Shown: piece by piece, positions 15,534 through 28,370 of the stretch
Position numbering within the stretch: position 1 is the first letter of the stretch
Layout of the letters: each line of letters opens with the position of its first letter
Source: Schmidtea polychroa
Taxonomy: Eukaryota
NCBI GenBank assembly: GCA_044892525.1
Contig: CM097885.1
Span: forward strand, 34,784,001 to 34,844,000
Direction: 5' to 3'
DNA: 60,000 nucleotides
Position numbers and translations under genes: made by a program
Notes under the pieces: generated by a model
What the model was told of the DNA's origin: nothing
Databases searched by the model: none
Seen by the model: the letters and a program-made list of their open reading frames with translations, nothing else

Positions 15534-16768
15534 CAACGATTTAAACAAATTAAAACAAAAATTAATAGTTCTAAAAATATTAGGCATCGTTCTAAAAATA
15601 CGAGGCATCATTCTAAAAATATTAGGCATCATTCTAAAAATATTAGGCATCGTTCTAAAATTATGACGTAATCATTCTAAAAATATTAGGCATCATTCTA
15701 AAATTATGACGTAATCGTTCTAAAAATATTAGGCATCATTCTAAAAATATTAGGCATCGTTCTAAAAATATTAGGCATCATTCTAAAAATATTAGGCATC
15801 GTTCTAAAAGTATGACGTAATCATTCTAAAAATATTAGGCATCGTACTAAAAATATTAGGCATCGTTCTAAAATTATGACGTAATCATTCTAAAAATATT
15901 AGGCATCATTCTAAAATTATGACGTAATCGTTCTAAAAATATTAGGCATCATTCTAAAAATATTAGGCATCGTTCTAAAAATATTAGGCATCATTCTAAA
16001 AATATTAGGCATCGTTCTAAAAATATTAGACATCATTCTAAAATTATGACGTAATAATTCTAAAAATAATAGGCATCGTTCTAAAAATATTAGGCATCGT
16101 TCTAAAATTATGACGTAATCATTCTAAAAATATTAGGCATCGTTCTAAAAATAATAGGTACCATTCTAAAAATAATAGGCATCGTTGAGTGAGTCATTCT
16201 CTTTGTTAATATTAATGATGATGATACCTTCAATAGCTCATTTGAAAGGTCTTGGACTGAGCTTTAAGATGAGGTATCGTCCAATAAAATCCGTTGGTGG
16301 GAACATTAATTTTTGGGATGAAAAAAAAGTAGGTCACCGCTGGGCCAATTAATAATATTTTGAATAATAATAATAATTTAACGTTGAAAAGATGGTGGTC
16401 ATCAATTGTTAATAACATTAAAACTATTAAAGATATATAAAATACCTATAGCTCATTCGAAAGGTCTTGGACTGAGGTTTAAGATGAGGTATCGTTCAAT
16501 AAAATCTGTTGGTGGGAACATTAATTTTTGGGAAGAAAAAAAGTAGGTCACCGCCCGGCCAATTAATTTAAAAAATTACGTAATAGTTCTAAAAATATTA
16601 GGCATCGTTCTATAAATATTAGGCATTGATTACGTAATAGTTCTAAAAATATGTGGCATCGTTCTAAAAAAAAAAATTTCCGGGGGTGGGGGAGGGGGTA
16701 TATGTGGCCGGGCGGGCTCCTGGCCGGGCGGGCTCCAATCATACTACTAATGTATTAAATGTCACAAG

Positions 16769-16876
<108 letters not shown>

Positions 16877-16914
16877 ATTATAATTATTAATTAATTTTAT
16901 TATTCATATCAACA

Positions 16915-17117
16915 AATTTCATGCACTTGTATTGCATGTCTTTATGTGAGTAACAAAGACATTATTTGTTACTATGTGAGTCATCGATGACTCATTCTTT
17001 TTTTAAACAAAGACATGAATATGTGTGCGTTAATTTTTTCTATCCTATCTGCATTTTGATTGGATAAAGGTTACATATATAATCTATGTTTTTGTAATTC
17101 TTTTTCATTTATTCAAA
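16915..17117 (+). promoter_or_regulatory. Putative PolB promoter: double AP-1 palindrome, CCAAT, TATA
   Basis: TGAGTCATCGATGACTCA at ~16977, GATTGG at ~17058 and TATATAA at ~17076, with ATG at 17118. Related module repeated at ~22070-22195. Confidence 0.55.
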
Positions 17118-20100
17118 ATGCAAAATATTTCAAATGAAATCAAGGAAATGATTCGAAGAAATCGTATGGGTAATTTTTTTTTTAATATGTTTTTATTTTT
17201 ATTTATATTTTAGTCTACATTAATGAAAATAATGTTTCGGGAACTTATAATTTTTCAGCAAGTAATGGAATTGAAAATAATGTTTCCGGAAATTATGGTA
17301 AAGTTAATTTTTAAATTATTATTATTATTATGATTTTTTAGTAAATAATGCTGTACACAATCTCGCGTGCAAGAAACCTAAATGTAGGTTTTTTAAAATT
17401 TTAAAATTAATATGCTTTAAATTATTATGATTTTTAAATTAATTTACTTTAAATTATTATGATTTTTTAAATTAATATGAAGTCAATTTTGTTATAAAGA
17501 AAATGTATGAAGTCAATTTTGTTATGAAACAAATAATGAAATTAATTTTTATAAAGAAAATGAATATGTTTTTATTTAATTAAAATAAATTTAAATATAA
17601 TACACTTATGAGCAAGGGAGGGACAGAATATTTTGTCGTATAAACTCAGATTATATAGTAATAATAAATAATAATAATTTTGATAATAATAATAATAATA
17701 ATTTTGATAATAATACTATTTTACTTATTTTATAGGTTATAAATATCCAACCTTTTGTAACAGTGCTACACATCATGACTGTGACGATATTATGGAAAAA
17801 TATTATGGTCATGAATATAAAAGTGTAACATACTTGTTATGTCCTACATGCCAAACTCTTGAAACATCGACATATACCGAATTTTATGATAAACATCGTA
17901 ATCATTTAACCCAATATATGCCTTCTAAAAAATCAGTTTTCAAAATTGCGTATCAAAAATATATATCATCAACTAATAATAGGAACACCGAAAACTTACA
18001 AAATCGACAATTAATGGAAACATCAACAAAAATCAATAATAGGACCACCAACAAAAGTATGATTAATGCCATGTTGATACAAAATCGACAATTAATGGAA
18101 ACAGACAATAGATTTATAGGAATAATAGGTAATAAAAGACATTTAGAAATTCCCACAGAAATTCCCACAAAAAAGATGAAAGAAATAATAGTCATTAGTG
18201 AAGACGACGATGATGTTGTAAGTAATGAAGTTGTAAATAGTGAAGTTGTAAATAGTGAAGTTATAAATAGTGAAGTTATAAATAGTGAATTTGAAAATAG
18301 TGAATTTGAAAATAGTGAATTTGAAAATAGTGATGTTGTACCCCAAGTAGGTAGTGGTATAGTCGACGTAGTTTCCGACCTGAATAGTTCCCATGTAATA
18401 GTTAAGTTGGATATATCTTCCTTGAATTGTAAAATTCTTTCTGTTCCTGACGTTCTCATAGAAAAATTGTTAGAAATTGTAAATAAAATGAAATCAGTAA
18501 AAATTCAATTTTGTATTAAAGTAGAGTTTGAGAAAAATGATGAATTTCAGTCTTTCATAATCTCAAACTCTGCTCGTGTATGGAGCGACACATTTATTGA
18601 TGATGGTATCTCTCTTTTAAATGAAAAAATTAGTAAAATAAATGAAAAGGGAAGTAATTGGACCATTAACAAAATATAATACATTAGTTTTATTGTGACA
18701 AAATATTCAAAGATTAGTAGGTTGAGTGGTCGTAAATATATTGAAACCCCGAAAACATTAATCAGGAAAAAATGTATAATAAATGTAAATAATGATGACG
18801 AATTTTGTTTCCTTTACTCGGTTTTGGCTCTTATAAAATATGATAGTACTCCTGATGAATTGCGTCATCTGCCTAGTTCTTATAACCTTTCAGATCTGAT
18901 ATATAACCCGGCAGATATGCCAATGAAATTATCAAATATCTCAAAATTTGAACGACAAAACCCAGGTTATTCAATTAATGTTTTAAGTTATGACGAAACT
19001 GGGTTAATTTCGGGTCCCATCATGAAACATCCTTTTATAGATATAATTTATCGCAGTAAAATAGTAGGAGGTACTTGTCTAAATTTGTTATTATTACAGA
19101 ATCGGAAAACCTACCATTACGTCGCTATATCTGATTTAAACATCTTTCTTAATTGCCGAAATTCATCAATAAGTTCTGTTCGTATTTACTGTAAGTGGTG
19201 TCCTAGATGTCTGAATGGATTCAGATTTGAAGATAGTTTTATTAAACATCAAGGTCTTTGTGAACGAAACCAATTAGGAACCACAATGTACACACTACCA
19301 AAAGATCCATTATTAGAATTCACAGACTATAGTAAAATGATTACTCCTCCTTTTGTTATTTATGCCGATTTTGAGGCAATCCTTCCTAAAGATTCTAAAT
19401 ATTATCAGAAACATTTACCCATTTCGGCTGGACTTTTATGTATAAATAATAATACAGGCGCAAAATTTTATAAATCATTCATAGGCCTTTCTTGTATAGA
19501 CGAATTTTTAAAAGAAATTAATGATATCGCTAAAAAGATTGTAACTCCCTATTATTATAAAAATAAAAATAAGAAAATGATATTCACAGAAAATGACCAA
19601 ATTAATTTTAATAACAGCACAAACTGTCATTTGTGTAAAAAATTATTAGTTAAACCAGTCAGGGATCATGATCACTTTACCGGTCAATTCCTTGGTGCTG
19701 CTTGCAACACTTGTAATCTTTCCAGGAAAATATACCACACACTACCTGTAGTCTTTCATAATTTGAGAGGGTATGATCTTCATCATATCCTCAAATTTGG
19801 CTTGGCTAAATATAAGTCCTGGCATATTTCTTGTATACCGGTGACAAGTGAAAATTTTTATCTCTTTTTGTGCATATTGATTCCCTGACTGTGAAATTTA
19901 TAGATTCTTGTCAGTTTGTAAATTCGTCTTTGAAAAATGCTGTCTCAACCCTTAACACATTACCTTTGACAGAATCTGAGTTTAGAGGGTCTATTATTAA
20001 GAGTAAAGGGATTTTCCCTTATGATGTAGCAACTTCCCTTGATGTATTAATTTCTACATTAGAATTGCCCCCTAAATGGAGTGATGTATCCGATGATGAA

Positions 20101-21699
20101 TACAATAAAGCAAAACTAATCTGGCAAGAGACATCATGTAATTCCCTTTTGGATTATATGATGGTCTATTTGAAATTAGATGTATTTCTGTTGGCTGACT
20201 TTTTTCAGCAATTCCGAGCTAAGAGTATTGCTCATAATAGGCTTGAGCCTTTGAATTTCCTAGGTATCCCCAGTCTTTCTTGGAGTTCTGCTTTGTTAAG
20301 TCTTGATAAACCGATTGAGCTTCTCACCGACATGGAAATGTATAATTTCTTTGAAGGTGGGATTAGAGGTGGGATAACGTTTGTGAATAAACATTTTGTT
20401 AGTAGTGATGAAAATACAGAGTTGTTGTATATTGACATCAACAACCTGTATGGATGGGCTTTATCACAAAAGCTTCCCGACGGTGGTTTTGAATGGGTGA
20501 CTGATGACATTGCTTTAGAGAGATTATTAATTGAGTGCACAACGGAAGATTTAAATCAACTTGATTATGGCTATACTATAGAAGTAGATTTAAAAATACC
20601 GAAATCTATCCATGACAAACTAGATGATTTTCCGGTAGCTCCTGGTAAGATGTGCCCACCTTTTTCTAAAGTGGAGAAGTTGCTACTTACACACGATCCG
20701 AAAACACACTATGTTTTACATTGGCGACTTCTCCAAATCTTTCTTCAGTTAGGTGTTGTTGTTACCAAGGTACATAGGGCTATTAGGTATACACAAAGCA
20801 CTGTCTTCAAGAAATACATAGATACCAACACACAACTACGAGCCGCATCCATAACACCGCTCGATAAAGACTATTACAAGTTGCTCAATAACAGTTTGTA
20901 TGGAAAAACTGTTGAGAACTTGAAAAAACGTATTAACTTACGACTGTGCAATTCCGCACACAAACTTATCACATATGCCTCAAAACCGGCATTTAAGAAA
21001 TCTACTAGGATAGACGATGATTTGATTTCGGTTTTGCTTATGAAAGAGTCTGTATGTTTAGATAGGCCCAGCTACATCGGGCAAACTGTACTTGATCTTT
21101 CTAAACTGAGAATGTATCAGTTGCAGTATAATGAATTGCAAAAATATCGCGATGAGTTTAACTGTGAAATTAATATAGTAGCTAGTGATACAGACTCTTT
21201 CTTTTTGGAAATTAAAAATTGTAGTCTTGACATTCTCTTACCTGCCATGATTCGTGACTCCTTGCTTGACACATCTAATTATAACCCACAACATCCTTTA
21301 TATAGTAGAGCACTAGATTCCGTCATTGGAAAATTCAAAGACGAGAATAAAGGATTGAGATATAAGGAGTGGGTGTTTCTTCGTCCCAAGTGTTACAGCT
21401 TATTAGGTGATAAAGAAACTCTTAAAGCAAAATCTGTCACGTTGAAAGATACTGGCTTAGATCACAATTCCTATCGTGATTGTTATTTTAACAATAAGGT
21501 TTACTCTGTGCCACAATTCCGCATTGCATCCAAAAATCATCAATTGTACAGCATAAAAAACATTAAGAAGGCGCTGACAAATAGAGATGACAAGCGGTAT
21601 TGGAAATCGAAAAACAAGAGTTTGGCATATGGGCATTATCGGATAGGGGACACTTTTATATATGATGATGACGACAATTTTGACGGAGAAGATTACTGA
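17118..21699 (+). pseudogene. Polinton/adintovirus-type protein-primed DNA polymerase B with endonuclease VII-like insertion; predicted exons 17118-17169, 17214-17297, 17342-17383, 17736-21699; one in-frame stop (18677-18679) and one frameshift (~19851-19855)
   Basis: Motifs YADFE, FHNLRGYD, YLKLDV, YIDINNLYG, KLLNNSLYGKT, SDTDSF and RPKCYS, plus zinc-finger-like CPRC..H..C and CHLC..RDHDH..ACNTCN. Three GT-AG introns, all phase 1, keep the frame. Confidence 0.93.
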
Positions 21700-21873
21700 T
21701 CATTTCGGTAATAATAATAATTATTATTATAATTATTATTTTTTATTATTAATAGTTGTCAATGAAGCCAAGATTGTAAGAAACAATCAATGCAACAGAC
21801 ATTTGTAAAAATGACAATGTAAAATTGTAAATTTGTAATTTAAATATATTTTGTTGATTACTATTTTTCTAAG

Positions 21874-21964
<91 letters not shown>

Positions 21965-21996
21965 TTAATTATTATTATTACTAGTATTGTCATAAA

Positions 21997-22059
<63 letters not shown>

Positions 22060-22412
22060 TTACATAAAGACATTTCATGCACTTGTATTGCATGTCTTTA
22101 TGTGAGTAGAAATTACTCAGTTAGTAACAATGACTCATCGATGAGTCATATTCAGAGAACAAAGCATCGATAATATCCAATTCTGATTGGTTAGATGTTA
22201 TCGATACTTTGTACATCTTTTCAAATGAGGTAATTATTATTTTTTTATGATTTAAATTTTTTTATAATGAAATTTTTTTATGATTAATTTTTATTTTTTT
22301 TTTTATGAAACCAGTTTTTATGAAAACAAATTATATAATTTATGAAATAAATTTTATGAAAACAAACTTTTTTATGAAGAAATGGGTATGTTTTTATTAT
22401 TATTATTATTAA

Positions 22413-22481
<69 letters not shown>

Positions 22482-22559
22482 TGTTATTATTATTATTATT
22501 CTGTAGCGACATACAATAAATTTTGGTTTACCAAAAAAGAAGTCTTCTAAAAATTAGAG

Positions 22560-23261
22560 TCGTGTGATGAGTCTTTCTTTTAAAAATAAATGATTGGTCT
22601 TTGTTCAAAAAAGTCATCGATGAGTCATACAAGGGGGGGGCGGAGTATGCAAAAAAAGAAACCCCCTATCTAAACTATGAGTCATCGATGAGTCTTTGTC
22701 TATATGTCTTTGTTTAAATGTACTTAAATATTTGATTAAATGTCTTTGTTTAAATATTTGTTTAAATGTATTTATTTAAATATTTGTTTAAATGTATTTA
22801 TTTAAATTTTTGTTTAAATGTATTTATTTAAATATTTGTTTAAATGTATTTATTTAAATATTTGTTTAAATGTATTTATTTAAATATTAAATATGTCTTT
22901 GTTTAAAAAATGATGAGTCATACATACTTTAATAATGAGTCAGTTGGCTTTGTTCCAAAAATGATGAGTCATATGACCTTGTTACTAAAAATAGAATGAC
23001 CTTGACCTAGTTACTAAAAATAGAATGACCTTGATGAGTCATCGATGACGTCACGTGACATTGTTACTAAAAATAGAATTACCTTGACCTAGTTACCACG
23101 GTTGCTATGGATGAGTCATATAACCTTGACCCAGTTACCGCTGTTGCTATGGATGAGTCATCGATGAGTCATATGTCTTTGTTTTGCGCTGAGTCATCGG
23201 GGGGGGGTAGTGCAAAAAAATGACAAAAAACGATGAGTCATGGAGCACACTTCTCTCTACT
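22560..23261. repeat. Terminal repeat region of element B
   Basis: Many GATGAGTCAT and TGACCT motifs, 26-bp tandem TTTGTTTAAATGTATTTATTTAAATA (~22740-22890) and G-runs. Confidence 0.85.
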
Positions 23262-23867
23262 ATGCTGTTCTTCTGATTTACGTGCAGGTCTTATAGCAAC
23301 AACACAGTGCGCAAAATGGTTTTAGATTACAGCAAAATAATTAAAAATTCTTTAATCATTGAAATAGATGGCAATAAACCCTGAATTCTGTGTAGGTGAC
23401 AAAATTTCATTACCGTTGGATGAATGGACATCACTACGTAACCGTCTGCAAATAAATATATACAGGTCCTAGAACAAAAGATTGCAGAATATGGACTTGA
23501 TTTCCGAAAGGATATCGTCGGAATTATGACTGACGGAGCAAGTGTAATGAAAAAAACTTGGGAGGTCATTACCTGTAAATCAACAGTTATGTTTTGCCTG
23601 TGGCGTGCAACTGACCATAATTGAAGAACTATATCAAAAGAAGGATATAGAAAGAGAAACAGATCAGTAATTCGACGAATTTAACGTATAATATTATAAT
23701 TTAATATACTGTTTTTTATAAAACTATTTTTGAATGTGTCATTTTATTAATTTTATCAAAATAATATGTTAATATCTTTCAAGAACAGGTATTTAAAAAT
23801 CCCGGGACTAGTTAAATGCAATCAGAAATATCGGGATTGAAAATATAGCACTGGATTGCCAACACTA
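23262..23867 (+). mobile_element. hAT transposon relic with transposase fragments and right TIR
   Basis: Translations KFSLPLDEWTSLRNR and DIVGIMTDGASVMKK/LGRSLPVNQQLCFACGVQL; ends GGATTGCCAACACTA. Confidence 0.8.
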
Positions 23868-24399
23868 GCTGCTAGTTTCATCTGCTACCCTTTTTCTAAT
23901 GAAGTCTTCAATTTTTCATATTTTCCATATTATGATTTCATTCATGGAGCAAAATTTGGACACATTATTACTTTTCCTCTATTACTAAGACGATCTAATA
24001 TTTTTATTCTTTTCACGTTATTTCTCAAATCTTTTGGCATTATAAAACCTTAAAAATTTACGTAAATTATGAAAATCCTAGAAAAACCTTAACTGTTGGA
24101 AACTTACCAGTAGACATTCAAATACATAAACACACAATGGTGTAAACTTTGCTGTTAAAATGATATTGGGCTACTGAAATAATATGTAAATTGTGAGAAT
24201 TAAAAAGTTGGCCACCAATATTTCTTTAAAAATCGGCTCTTTTCAAGCATTATATAAACAATTACAACATATATATCCATATGAAATAATTTAATGAAAA
24301 TTTTCGTGGTTTTGTTAATTAAATCTGTTAATTTATCAACCGTGTAAATCGGATGATAAGTGTATTTTCATAATAGAATAACTGAGAATAAGTTTTTCT

Positions 24400-25143
24400 A
24401 ATTTGATCGATCAACGTCCAGTTTCTTTGTAATCTTGTTTGATGTAAGTTCTTCTATCGGCAGTCCGTTTGATTTAAGCGTACATGTATCGAGCCGTCCG
24501 AATTTAAGGCCTCATCTTTACTAATGTACACCACCCCTGTATACAAAACCAATGTGTCTCAAACAAACGGGTATGCAGGTGGTCGATAGCAACATTCGTG
24601 CTTGACGTTATAGTCGTTTGGCACTCAATTAGACCATCATACCTTGTCCACAGTTCTTGTTTTGTCTTTATCGTTAAGCTTACGCCTCTGTCAATATAAG
24701 CAGCCAAATTTGAAACGTCAAACATTGAGCACCAACTTATTGATTTTTGGTGACGTTTTTCAATTTCAAATTGGCTGCCAATGGCAATAATCATTGGTAT
24801 TGCGATAATAAGAAACCAAGAATATTTAGTGTTTTGGGATCAAAGTCAACACCGAAACCATAAAAACGAAACGAATTATCAACCCGGAACACCAACGCGT
24901 GTATAAAGGCGAGTGCTATTGCGAGAAAATAATAATTATTGCAATGAACTAAGTAGGAACGGCAAAACACGATTCGTTTTGTCCTATCTGATCGTTTTGT
25001 ATAGAAGAAGATGTAAGATAAAATGGTCTTTAAGACCCAATAGTATATCAGAAGATTGTTTGCGGTAATAAACAAAATGAAAAGTAAAGACGCCGATATT
25101 AAAACAAAACACTGCAAAGGTTTTAAAGTTTTTTTGTATTCAT
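24400..25143 (-). pseudogene. Frameshifted hydrophobic (membrane-protein-like) coding sequence, unidentified
   Basis: Overlapping ORFs 24791-25117 and 24504-24794 and an ATG at 25143 join if single bases are added in A-runs. GC content is coding-like. Confidence 0.35.
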
Positions 25144-25801
25144 ACTAATTTGAACTGATAAATAAATAGTTTTGGTAACGGAACTCAATGGTAAGTGATT
25201 CTCAATCACATTGTACATTTGTAATCCGATAGTAAAATCAATTAACGAAGAGTATAACGATGGCAAAAATTAAAAGTATTTAGAGTTTCGAAACCAAAAT
25301 CAAATGATGTTTTATAAACACAATAAATTAACAGGCCTAAAGTCAAAAAGCTTTAGAAATAATTTGAAAAAATTAAAAATCTAGCATAACTTAATAAATT
25401 TTACCTTAATTTATGTATTTTTGCATAAATTTTGATAATAAATATCCCAGAAACCTATAATGTAGTTATATATTTTAAGCATAAATAATAGTTAATAAAA
25501 ATTCATCAAGTTAATTTAAATAAATTTAAGTAAATTAAGTTAGCAATTGAAAAACATAATAAAGATTACAATAAGATCCATAAAATTAGAATTTATATAA
25601 TTTAGAGAAGCAAAATTTTGTATTATGAAAAAGTTCGCAATTTAAATATTAAAGTTTACAATTTGTTTTAAATATCTAAAGTTTCAAAAATTACGAAAAA
25701 TTAAATTCTTTTAAATTAATTATCTTGCTAATTTTTAAAATTTTAAGATATTAGTTTCCAAATATTTATATATTCAACAAACTTTTTAGGTCAGTTTAGT
25801 T

Positions 25802-26602
25802 ATGAATAACCATTATTGTGATTTAAAATTATCACTTGAATCAGAAACTGGTCTATGCAATGAAACTGTGATGGAAGATTCATCTTTTGTTGACATTAAA
25901 ATTTCAGAAAGCGAATCGATAATATGTAATAGTATATTAAACAATCAGGAAAACAATACTACCAAAGATTTTTCAAATATCAATAATCTTGAAAGATTAG
26001 TAAAAAAATTAACAATGATAGATAATAAAATTGAACCATTGTATAATTCAGAGAACAGTGTTTTTAAGGAACTAGTTAAAATAAGGCCGCTGATTGTTGA
26101 TGAAGAAAGTTGTAAGGAAATTGAAAGAAATGAAGAGAAAGAAGTTTATTATCGACGTTTTTCTACAGAAGAAGATTTACAGCCAGTAATTGATTTAATC
26201 ACAAAGGATCTATCAGAACCTTATTCAATATACACATATAGATATTTCATTTATAACTGGCCAAAAATGTGTATTATGGCTTTTACTCCAGAGGGAAAGT
26301 GTGTTGGTGCAATCGTTGGTAAAACAGAGTCTCATTCATCAACCGACCGAGTTAGAGGATACATTGCGATGCTGGCCGTTCAAAAAGAATATCGCCGTAG
26401 ATTTATTGGATCGCGACTAGTTGAGCTCGTAATTGATACAATGATTAATGATGGTTGTAGTGAAGTTGTTCTGGAAACTGAAATTACTAATAAATCAGCT
26501 CTTTCACTTTATGAAAAATTGGGTTTTATCCGAGATAAACGACTTTTTCGATACTATTTGAATGGAGTCGACGCATTTAGATTAAAATTGTGGTTATCGT
26601 AA
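25802..26602 (+). CDS. NAA30: N-alpha-acetyltransferase 30 (NatC catalytic subunit, MAK3)
   Basis: [28 protein letters not shown] and [44 protein letters not shown]. Possible extra ATG exon ending at 25190. Confidence 0.97.
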   Translation: MNNHYCDLKLSLESETGLCNETVMEDSSFVDIKISESESIICNSILNNQENNTTKDFSNINNLERLVKKLTMIDNKIEPLYNSENSVFKELVKIRPLIVDEESCKEIERNEEKEVYYRRFSTEEDLQPVIDLITKDLSEPYSIYTYRYFIYNWPKMCIMAFTPEGKCVGAIVGKTESHSSTDRVRGYIAMLAVQKEYRRRFIGSRLVELVIDTMINDGCSEVVLETEITNKSALSLYEKLGFIRDKRLFRYYLNGVDAFRLKLWLS

Positions 26603-27968
26603 ACTATGATATTTTAGTTGATATTTATTTTTACTGTAGGAATAAATTATTTTCGAAATATCTTCCCATGTGAAACTTAAAATTTTGTTTTGAAATTTTT
26701 AATTTAATATGGCTATCATTTTATAATTGTTGCCATGCAACTAATGACATATATTTTATTATAAATTTGCAGTTTATTTATTTGTAGTTAATTTTAACAA
26801 AGTGGTATTGTATTTTTTGAATTTATGATAAGTTCCTTTGCCAGTAATTTTATTGTGTGGTTTTTTTCTAGGCTTGGAAAAACTTATTTAATATTATAAA
26901 GTCTTACTGATGATTATTATTATAAAGTTATAATTTTAGTAATAGTTAATAATTAAAAATAATTTAACTTATTATTGAACATTTGTTATATTGGATATAA
27001 CGTAAATATAAGAAGTTTGAATTAAATAAAAACGATTTGTTAGTTTTTGCCGTGTGATTCTATTAAAAATAAATTGTGTTTCAGTGCTGGAATCAGAATA
27101 GTAACCTTAATATATTCTCACTTTTGTTATTTCTTTTATTAAATTTAGAGGAAATTGAAAAAAAAATCCTTGCGTTTTCTATATAAATTCATTAGAAATA
27201 ATAAAAATTCTTTCAACTTTCAAGAATTTCTATAATTATTTTGTTTGATATTCATGTATTTAGTATTTCCCTAACAAACCGTTTTGAAACAGTTAATATT
27301 TGCCGGAAATTATTTTTAACATTAGATTTCAAATTTATTATTTTTATACGAATAACACGGTTTGTTTTTATCACTGTTTTGATAATAGTATGGCACATGT
27401 AGTTTCAATATTTATTAATTGAATTAAAAAACAACAATTTATAGAAAAATCGCATAAGGTATCCCAAAAACCTATCAGATATTACTGCTATTCCTACTGT
27501 TAGTACCAAATAATTAATGTAGGGTTTTCAATAATTATAATCAATAACAAGGATTAATGTTGTAATTCTATCATTTTTTCGTGTAAAATGATTTTCGAAT
27601 ATAATTAGTTTTAGCATTTAAATAATTTTATAAATGTTACAGTCAAACAATAGTTGGGGTTTGGACGGACCAGGAACCAGCTCATTTAGATCAATCCTAA
27701 CAAAATTTTCGTTTGTATTTTTATTTTTATCAAAAATATTCTATCATGCCACATGGAAAACATAAGTCAAAGAGACCAAGTGGATGCCTGCAAAGGAATT
27801 CTTAAAAAAATTGCTTTCAACAGTTTCATATCATTTATGGGTTGTAAATTACAAATTGAAATAATCAAAAAAAGAAGAGCTTTGTTACAGAACAAAGATA
27901 GCTCTTTCAGAACTGTGCCAAGGCAAAAGGAGATGTTCGTAAGCCATCAAAAGAGAGGCTTTACAAGG

Positions 27969-28370
27969 CATGGGCGTCCGCAGGAATTTTTCCAATGGGG
28001 GGGGCAAAAATATTTTTTTTACTAAGTTGTAAAAAATGCTAGAGTTGTAAAAAATGCATGTGTATTATAAATATTTGAGGCATTAAACAAAATAAGACTA
28101 TTTTTTCGTTTATTTACAAAATAGAACTTTTTTTCATTAATGTACAACATAGAACACTGTTTTTAAAACCAGGACATCAGTTAATATTGAAAGTTTTTAT
28201 ACAAATAAGATGATATGAAATCATTGATTTCCAGATATAATTAATAACATTAGAAAAACAGAAAGTCTCTTTAAATTAAATTTTTTATTAATTTTTTTAG
28301 TCTTGGGTTTTTCCAACATTGTTTGAGCGTATCTATTAAAATGTGTTTAAATTAATCGAAAAATAGAATG
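27969..28370. mobile_element. hAT-derived fragment with one TIR
   Basis: Starts CATGGGCGTCCGCAGG, resembling the TIR of 39412-40076; 28285-28370 matches 39940-40026. Confidence 0.65.

Noticed and set aside
5077..16748. Treating 5077-16748 as the original element
   Set aside because: Its flanks are inverted (TACATT/AATGTA), not a direct TSD; the true TSD pairs position 42 with 16748.
18677..18679. Stop-codon reassignment (TAA as sense)
   Set aside because: NAA30 ends with TAA at its expected C-terminus, and the paralog has AAG at this site.
24504..24700. RNF145/TRC8-like RING assignment
   Set aside because: Spacing is loosely similar, but most zinc-ligand Cys/His residues are absent.
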